44,609 nt of DNA from Candidatus Hodarchaeota archaeon (GTDB lineage: Archaea > Asgardarchaeota > Heimdallarchaeia > Hodarchaeales > Hodarchaeaceae). Numbering within the stretch: position 1 is the stretch's first letter; the number at the start of each line of letters is the position of its first letter. Below the pieces are notes generated by a model. The model did no database searches and was not told the DNA's origin. It saw only the letters and a list, made by a program, of their open reading frames with translations. The DNA lies in the NCBI GenBank assembly GCA_016839815.1, contig JAEOTM010000113.1, forward strand, positions 1 through 44,609. The letters are read 5' to 3'. Of this stretch, positions 38,468-44,609 are shown piece by piece. The position numbers and the translations under genes were made by a program.

Positions 38468-40513
38468 TTGGATACGATTTTTATGAGAGTTAATGATAGG
38501 TATACCCACTTTTTCTTATTAGTAATGTTGAGCGGGTTAATTATAACCTCTTCATTCACTAATCAACGGATTATGAGTAATGATGTTCCCTCGAAAGAAA
38601 AAGGCTCAAATTCAGTGATGAAATCTAATGAAGTAATAACAATTCTTTATGATATTTCCCATGGATTAGAGGTTTTTATTCCTGCAAAAGTTTCCCCAAT
38701 GGGGGGAATGCTTGAAGGAACAGGGGAGTTCGTAGTCAAAACAACCACAATGAAGCAATCTTTCACCGAATCAGACTTTGTAGGTGTAGATATTTTTGTC
38801 ATTATGTTCCCAGATTACGATTTTCCCTATTCTGCACAGGAAATTCAAATTGTGAAAGATTTCTGGAACAGTGGGGGGAGTATCTTATTCGTAGGAGGTT
38901 TAACTTATGGAGAAACTCATTTCAATAATACAGTACTTAATAATGTGATCTCCACCTTGGGGTTTAATCTCGCTTTTAGCACCCTTCAAGATACCGCAGT
39001 AACAAGACTCTCAGGAAATCTCCCCAATCATGATATTTTCTATAACATGGATACATTTGGTACTCTCAAGAACCCAGTTGCATCCGTTCCTGTCCTTAAC
39101 AGCGATCCAAATATTGAGAATCTAACCTTTAGCAATTCTGGAAGAACGAGCTTCGCTGTTTTTGATAACGATTCTCATAGGGCTGCTTTTATTGGTACTT
39201 ATAATCCTTTTCTTGAATTAAAAGCATGGGATGGCGACCCCTATCTTTCCAATCATTATCAATTTCAGTATAACCTAATGAATTGGTTGGGATTTCAACC
39301 TTCCAAGGAACTCACAGACATCTTTCCAATAAACGTATACACTGGAATCGAAAGTCCTCATACAATAACAGAAATAAAACAATTACTATACTATCAGGGT
39401 ATTTGCCATTTTCACACGGAATTAAGCAGCGTTGTTGCACCATACGATGAAATGGTTAATAATTTCGACTCTCTAGGTCATCAATTTGTCGTTGTAACTG
39501 ATTATAATACAGTAGCAGGAGGACCAGCCTTGAGAGCGTATCTAGATTCTCAAGGAAGAGACGATATAGCTGTGATTGATGGTTTGGAGTTAACAGGAGA
39601 AAATCAAACCCATAATATTGGATGGTTCAATCCAGGGAATGGAACCTTAATCTCGGAGTTTGCAGGTCAAAGTGCAAGAATTGGTCTATTTCATGACGCA
39701 GGAAGCCCAATATTCTTAGCTCATCCGAGTTGGTTAATAGACCCTAACTACCCTCGTATATGGGATCATGATCTCTATCCTTTCGACGGTTATGAACTCG
39801 TTAATTCTGCTTTCATGCAAGGAGGAGGAAACTTAGCCATGTATCCATTCTATGGTGCTGCTGATATGTCAGGTGATGAATCAGCGATGTTTCGCGTTTG
39901 GAATTATGTATTCACTGAAGAAATTAGTGATGATCCTGATTGGTGGACAGAAGCGGTTATGAATCGTAAACTTGTAATCTATGTTAGCATGGGTGACTAT
40001 TTTGTTGGAGACAAACTCCTTGTAGACGAGATTGTAGGTAGATTGAATGATGAACATTCTCCCGAAATTCTCATAACATCACCAACAACAATAACTCCCA
40101 ATTCGGAAGTTACTCTTGATGCCACTATTACAGATGCCTCTCGAATTTTTACTGTAAATTTATCAGTAACAGTGAACGAAGGTAGCCCCGAGACATATAC
40201 ACTTGACTCAGCTGTCGATGATTATTCACACTACGTAAAAAATCTGGGTAGTTTTTCTGTAGGTGATTCTGTTATGTTAGCACTCAATGCAACTGATGAA
40301 TTAGGGTACTCTGCGGAACAAGTAGTGGAATTTTTTGTCGAACCCGAAACCACAACTACCGAACCAGTCACAACTACTCCCCAGATCACCCAGACCACCA
40401 CTACGACGACTCCAGAAACTGATGGATCTGCACCCTGGCTTACATTGCCAATATTTATAGCAAGTATAAGTACGTTCGTAATTGTTATCAAAAAACGAAG
40501 GATTTTTTTCTGA
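38468..40513 (+). CDS. Secreted DUF4350-like + PHP-domain surface protein (partly degenerate metal site)
   Basis: ILYDISHG domain; CHFHT, VTDYN, GLE, AHP, ELVNS, GAADMS; Ig-like region, Thr linker, TM, KKRR. Confidence 0.8.
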   Translation: MDTIFMRVNDRYTHFFLLVMLSGLIITSSFTNQRIMSNDVPSKEKGSNSVMKSNEVITILYDISHGLEVFIPAKVSPMGGMLEGTGEFVVKTTTMKQSFTESDFVGVDIFVIMFPDYDFPYSAQEIQIVKDFWNSGGSILFVGGLTYGETHFNNTVLNNVISTLGFNLAFSTLQDTAVTRLSGNLPNHDIFYNMDTFGTLKNPVASVPVLNSDPNIENLTFSNSGRTSFAVFDNDSHRAAFIGTYNPFLELKAWDGDPYLSNHYQFQYNLMNWLGFQPSKELTDIFPINVYTGIESPHTITEIKQLLYYQGICHFHTELSSVVAPYDEMVNNFDSLGHQFVVVTDYNTVAGGPALRAYLDSQGRDDIAVIDGLELTGENQTHNIGWFNPGNGTLISEFAGQSARIGLFHDAGSPIFLAHPSWLIDPNYPRIWDHDLYPFDGYELVNSAFMQGGGNLAMYPFYGAADMSGDESAMFRVWNYVFTEEISDDPDWWTEAVMNRKLVIYVSMGDYFVGDKLLVDEIVGRLNDEHSPEILITSPTTITPNSEVTLDATITDASRIFTVNLSVTVNEGSPETYTLDSAVDDYSHYVKNLGSFSVGDSVMLALNATDELGYSAEQVVEFFVEPETTTTEPVTTTPQITQTTTTTTPETDGSAPWLTLPIFIASISTFVIVIKKRRIFF

Positions 40514-40717
40514 ATTAGTGAAAAAATTAATTCTCCTCCTTTTATTTTCTTTTTTGGTAGCAGGTGACATTGTAATACTAATTACAATTCATGTTGCTAC
40601 TTTTTAGCCATTTTTTACTAGCTTTATCTAGGAAAATTATATAATAATGTGAATGTCCTGAATATCCCCTAAATTATCTAATTAAGAATAACAGAAAATT
40701 ACCGAAGTGAAAAGTGA

Positions 40718-42715
40718 ATGAAAAAGAATACATCCAAAATATTGCTAATAGCATTAATTTTTTTTATAACATCAATGACCGTAGGATTAAGACAAGTGGG
40801 GGCCTCTATCTCTGATACTGTAACAGTTACTCCTACAAATCCAAATGTGGGGGATATAATTATTATTCAGTATGACACAAGTACGGGTACACTTGATACA
40901 GCAAGTTCTACCATTTACCTCCACTGGGCCTTCATCTTTTTTGGAAATTTTGATGAAAATCAGCAGGCATTAACTCCAGTTCCACCTAGTAAAGCTTGGT
41001 ATGTAAATAATACTGGAGAAGGGTATGCTGGGCGATTTCTATCTTCTCCTATGACTAATATATCTGCTACTGTTTGGGAGATATCGATTGAAGCGAAAGA
41101 TGACCTCCCGGATCGAATTCAATTTTTCTTCGCTGATACTGCTGATGGACTTAGTAATAAGGATAGAAATAATAACGATTATTGGTTTATTGATCCCCAG
41201 TTTGCAGCTGATTATGTCTATATTATTGATCCAAACTTTGCTGAAACAAATTTCTATCTTCCAGGCGGGTCAATCACTATTACTGCTCGTGGAAATGCTG
41301 CATCTACAGATTGGAAAGTTCAATTAACTGATAGAACAGACGAACCAATCGACTTAAGTGTTACTAGCTCCAGTCATGATGCTGGAACAGAATTATGGAC
41401 ACTAACGGCTGCTATCCCAGCTGTTATCGACGAGGGACTTTATGATTTAGAAGTATCTGCGTCAGTTTCTGGATTTTTAACAACAGATATTGAAGAAAAT
41501 TCTATTCAAATCACAGCAGAATATAAAAATAATTATACCATCGTACTCCTTGGAGATCAAGAAATGAATGCTTATGCGGGAGTAAACTATGCGGTTGATG
41601 GTGGATTACATCAAGGCCATAATTTGTCCGCTTTCCTAACAGAAATGTCAATTGTTAATGCAGATCTATTTGTAAATCTTGGATCAGCAACATTCTGGGG
41701 TGATATCGAAACAATGCAACAATATCGGGAGTATGTAGGTCTTTTCTATAATCTACCCCATGTTTACGTCTCTTCTCATCGTGATAGGTTTATGGGATCT
41801 GAAGCTGATTGGGAATATCGAGGAGCAGGAATTGGAGCTCTAGATAAAATTGTAGGGATTAGACATAAAGAATGGACATATGGTGATCATTATTACGTAA
41901 GTATTTTCACTGGTGATCATCGGATGGATGATTCAGAAATTGCATGGTTTGATGCTGCAATGAGTGCTTCTACTGGTGATGCGAAATTTGGTATGATTCA
42001 TGATCCGATTGGCTATGAAACAGACTATAATCCAGGAGAAATTAATGCCATTGATGTTGATGGACGCACGCAATTAGCTCCGATATGTCAAAGTAATGGT
42101 TTAGACTACTGGATTCACACCTCTGCTGGTATAGATGGATCTCAAGCTGTGACTGAAACGGGTGCATTCCATATTGGAATGGCAGGAGCGATTAGTGGTT
42201 ATCGAATTCTCCAAATTTCAGGAGATGTAATCACAGAATGGGGATATAATGATAGCACAGATGGTCTCTATCCGTTTTACAAAGTCAAAGCCAACTACAC
42301 CGGGTTGAATGACGGTACAGAAACAACGACTTCTGTAATACTTACTAATGATCTATTAGAAGACCTTCCAGCTGCACGTGCTGTCTTTAAAATGGTTCCT
42401 GGTATATATTCAACCGATAAAGGGTCAATTTACTCCCAGTATACCAAAAATGGAATAACCTTTGTCGAAGTTAATATCCTGGTGTCTTCTGGAACAAATG
42501 AAACAGTTACTGTTACAAAAACCGCAGATCTTCCAGTATCGACTACTGAAGAACCATCAACTACTCCTACCACAACTGATACACCTGAATCCACATCAAC
42601 TACTCCTACCACAACCACAACAACTACTGAGGATTCAGCTGTTTTCGAATTCTATATGTTCGCACTTGGATTAATTGTGATCACGGCCGTAAAAAGAAAG
42701 AGATTTCGTAAATAA
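40718..42715 (+). CDS. Paralogue of 36138-38186 with degenerate phosphoesterase motifs
   Basis: Same CBM-like N-domain (DRNNNDYW) and C-domain; motifs read GDQE, LGS, SSHRD, HDP, HTSA. Confidence 0.85.
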   Translation: MKKNTSKILLIALIFFITSMTVGLRQVGASISDTVTVTPTNPNVGDIIIIQYDTSTGTLDTASSTIYLHWAFIFFGNFDENQQALTPVPPSKAWYVNNTGEGYAGRFLSSPMTNISATVWEISIEAKDDLPDRIQFFFADTADGLSNKDRNNNDYWFIDPQFAADYVYIIDPNFAETNFYLPGGSITITARGNAASTDWKVQLTDRTDEPIDLSVTSSSHDAGTELWTLTAAIPAVIDEGLYDLEVSASVSGFLTTDIEENSIQITAEYKNNYTIVLLGDQEMNAYAGVNYAVDGGLHQGHNLSAFLTEMSIVNADLFVNLGSATFWGDIETMQQYREYVGLFYNLPHVYVSSHRDRFMGSEADWEYRGAGIGALDKIVGIRHKEWTYGDHYYVSIFTGDHRMDDSEIAWFDAAMSASTGDAKFGMIHDPIGYETDYNPGEINAIDVDGRTQLAPICQSNGLDYWIHTSAGIDGSQAVTETGAFHIGMAGAISGYRILQISGDVITEWGYNDSTDGLYPFYKVKANYTGLNDGTETTTSVILTNDLLEDLPAARAVFKMVPGIYSTDKGSIYSQYTKNGITFVEVNILVSSGTNETVTVTKTADLPVSTTEEPSTTPTTTDTPESTSTTPTTTTTTTEDSAVFEFYMFALGLIVITAVKRKRFRK

Positions 42716-42973
42716 GGAGTAAGTAAATTCTCCTCTTCCTTTTTTTCATTTTTAAAGAAAAACAAATGAATATTTTTTAGAACTATATTTGTTTTCAAAA
42801 TACCTATCATTGCCAATAATTCTGAGTTTAATTAGTTCTAATTTGAGGATTTGAAAGGATGCACACCAATATCTAGTGAGAATTGATTATTATAAAGATA
42901 CTTCAAAGTATCATTCCGACAAAAATGAGTATCCAAAAAGATAAAAAAACTTCCAGATGAGCACTAATTACTG

Positions 42974-42993
42974 GTTTTCAGTTAACTGAAAAC
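42974..42993. promoter_or_regulatory. Perfect 20-bp palindrome, candidate operator
   Basis: GTTTTCAGTTAACTGAAAAC is its own reverse complement, about 100 bp upstream of the last gene. Confidence 0.4.
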
Positions 42994-43089
42994 TCTGGAA
43001 ATAGTTTATCTCTAATGATAAGAAACTTTCAGATACTTGTTATTAGAAACAACCCCGAAATATTATCTATTTTGGATGTGAATGAATTT

Positions 43090-44609
43090 TTGAAAACTAC
43101 ACGAAAAATGAGTATAATCCTACTTGCCATGGCATTAACTCTAGGTGTAATTGCTAGTCAACCCGCATCAGTATCGGCTACCTCCATTATGAGCACAAGG
43201 ATGCCAAGAATTGTGGTCTTTAATGGAAATGGTGCATACCACACTGATGTATCTGGTTTTGTCACCAATGCTTCTACATGGGGATATGAAGTTTTTACAA
43301 CAAATGTCCTCGATGAAGGTGCTTTGAGTGCAGCCAGTATGCTTATTCTTAATGGAAATGATTTCCTCACACAAGGGGAAATGGATACCGTTGAAGCATG
43401 GTGGGATTCAGGCGATTATACAATATGGTTTGCTGGAGAAAGCGATTATGGCGGTCTCTGGAATCCTGCAAGTATGAACGTTTTATCAGTAAATCTCGGC
43501 TTGAACGTTATTATCCAAGACGATGCATTGAATGATCCAATCTGGAATGATGGACAGACTGCTTACCGACCCATTCCAAATGTTCCTAACCCAGCTCTTA
43601 GTGGAGACATTACTGCTGGTGTAGAAAACATCAGTATGCACGGACCTACCGTTGTGGCTCCTTATTCAGGAGGCGTTGACGGTGTAAATACCATGCCTAC
43701 ATGGGATAGCTTAGCTACTGCTACCTGGTTCATTAACAGCTCTGATACTGGAAATATCCAAGACCAAGACTTCGATGACGACAATGTCTGGGAAGGTTAT
43801 CCATTATTAACTAATGGTAGCTGGTCTATGGGTGCCGTTGAATGGGGCGCTGGTCCAAACAGTGGTTCAAACGCTATCTGGACTGGTGAAAGCATCTTCT
43901 CTGAATACAAGAACATGTTCAGTGATGCAGCTCGTTATACCAACGATACTGGTCTCCAAAACATAGTGGTTACACATAACCTTCTTGATTGGGCTGTTGG
44001 AAACACTCCAGTTGATGTTGAGGAATTTGAAAGAACTGTTTATGTTACCGTTTTCAATGGTAATGGTGCATACCACACTGATGTTTCTGGTTTAATTACC
44101 AATGCTTCAGCCTGGGGTTACTATGTGCACACTACCAATATCCTAACAGCAGAAACAATTGCTCTAACAGATATTTTGATTTTGAATGGTAATGATTTCC
44201 TTACTGCAGAACAAATGACAGCTGTTGTTGATTGGTGGAATGCTGGTGATCGTACAATCTGGTTTGCTGGAGAAAGCGATTATGGCGGTCTCTGGAATCC
44301 TGCAAGTATGAACCTATTGTCTTTAGACCTCGGTTTGAACGTTATTATTCAAGACGATGCATTAAATGATCCAATCTGGAATGATGGGCAAACTGCTTAC
44401 CGACCTATTCCAAATGTTCCTAATCCAGCTCTTAGTGGAGACATTACTGCTGGTGTAGAAAACATCAGTATGCACGGACCTACCGTTGTGGCTCCTTACA
44501 ATGGAAGCGTTGACGGTATAAACGACATGCCTACATGGGATAGCTTAGCTACTGCTACCTGGTTCATTAACAGCTCTGATACTGGAAATATCCAAGACCA
44601 AGACTTCGA
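43090..44609 (+). CDS. Large secreted surface protein with 278-aa tandem DUF4350/GATase-like domains (3' partial; absent from the ORF track)
   Basis: TTG start MKTTRKMSIILLAMALTLGVIASQPASVSA; open to the window end; VFNGNGAYHTDVSG..WFAGESDYGG..MHGP occurs twice. Confidence 0.88.
   Translation, partial: MKTTRKMSIILLAMALTLGVIASQPASVSATSIMSTRMPRIVVFNGNGAYHTDVSGFVTNASTWGYEVFTTNVLDEGALSAASMLILNGNDFLTQGEMDTVEAWWDSGDYTIWFAGESDYGGLWNPASMNVLSVNLGLNVIIQDDALNDPIWNDGQTAYRPIPNVPNPALSGDITAGVENISMHGPTVVAPYSGGVDGVNTMPTWDSLATATWFINSSDTGNIQDQDFDDDNVWEGYPLLTNGSWSMGAVEWGAGPNSGSNAIWTGESIFSEYKNMFSDAARYTNDTGLQNIVVTHNLLDWAVGNTPVDVEEFERTVYVTVFNGNGAYHTDVSGLITNASAWGYYVHTTNILTAETIALTDILILNGNDFLTAEQMTAVVDWWNAGDRTIWFAGESDYGGLWNPASMNLLSLDLGLNVIIQDDALNDPIWNDGQTAYRPIPNVPNPALSGDITAGVENISMHGPTVVAPYNGSVDGINDMPTWDSLATATWFINSSDTGNIQDQDF
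43213..44609 (+). repeat. Intragenic tandem duplication, period 834 nt
   Basis: ggtgcataccacactgatg at 43231 and 44065; long identical blocks run to the window end. Confidence 0.95.

Noticed and set aside
1208-44076. Short antisense or overlapping ORFs in the track (e.g. 10156-10458, 22053-22586, 25887-26219, 33751-34122, 13887-14117, 43158-44076)
   Set aside because: Shadows of well-supported genes or tRNAs, with no recognisable motifs.
1-44609. CRISPR arrays, transposases, integrases, DGR template/variable repeats
   Set aside because: None seen. The only long repeats are in-frame intragenic duplications, and no reverse transcriptase is present in the window.

Overview
AT-rich window from an Asgard archaeon, most likely Heimdallarchaeia/Hodarchaeales. 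This placement is inferred from a Mak16/L28e homologue, an EF-2 with a eukaryote-type G' insertion, Elf1, S26e, roadblock, EMC6/Rab5ip-like and GPN GTPase genes. Bases 1-34,300 are core informational genes (L44e, S6e, S19e, S26e, aIF2-gamma, aIF5B, EF-2, SRP19, RlmE, Trm1, RPA, Sm, Rio2) plus three tRNAs, one with a D-loop intron. Bases 34,600-end are a cluster of five secreted surface proteins: CBM-like metallophosphoesterases, a PHP protein, apparent pseudo-enzymes and a tandem-repeat protein. The main unannotated signal is two intergenic box C/D guide RNAs, next to mak16 (5984-6057) and rio2 (34331-34422). By the D+5 rule their guides point to LSU rRNA positions equivalent to yeast Am2256, Gm2288 and Cm2959, which are eukaryotic snoRNA-guided sites. 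Also notable are a four-way-junction RNA candidate upstream of tRNA-Thr and a Lys-rich H1-like N-terminal tail of aIF2-gamma interrupted by a frameshift in an A9 run. All family and rRNA target assignments come from motif recognition and remembered consensus sequences, not from searches.
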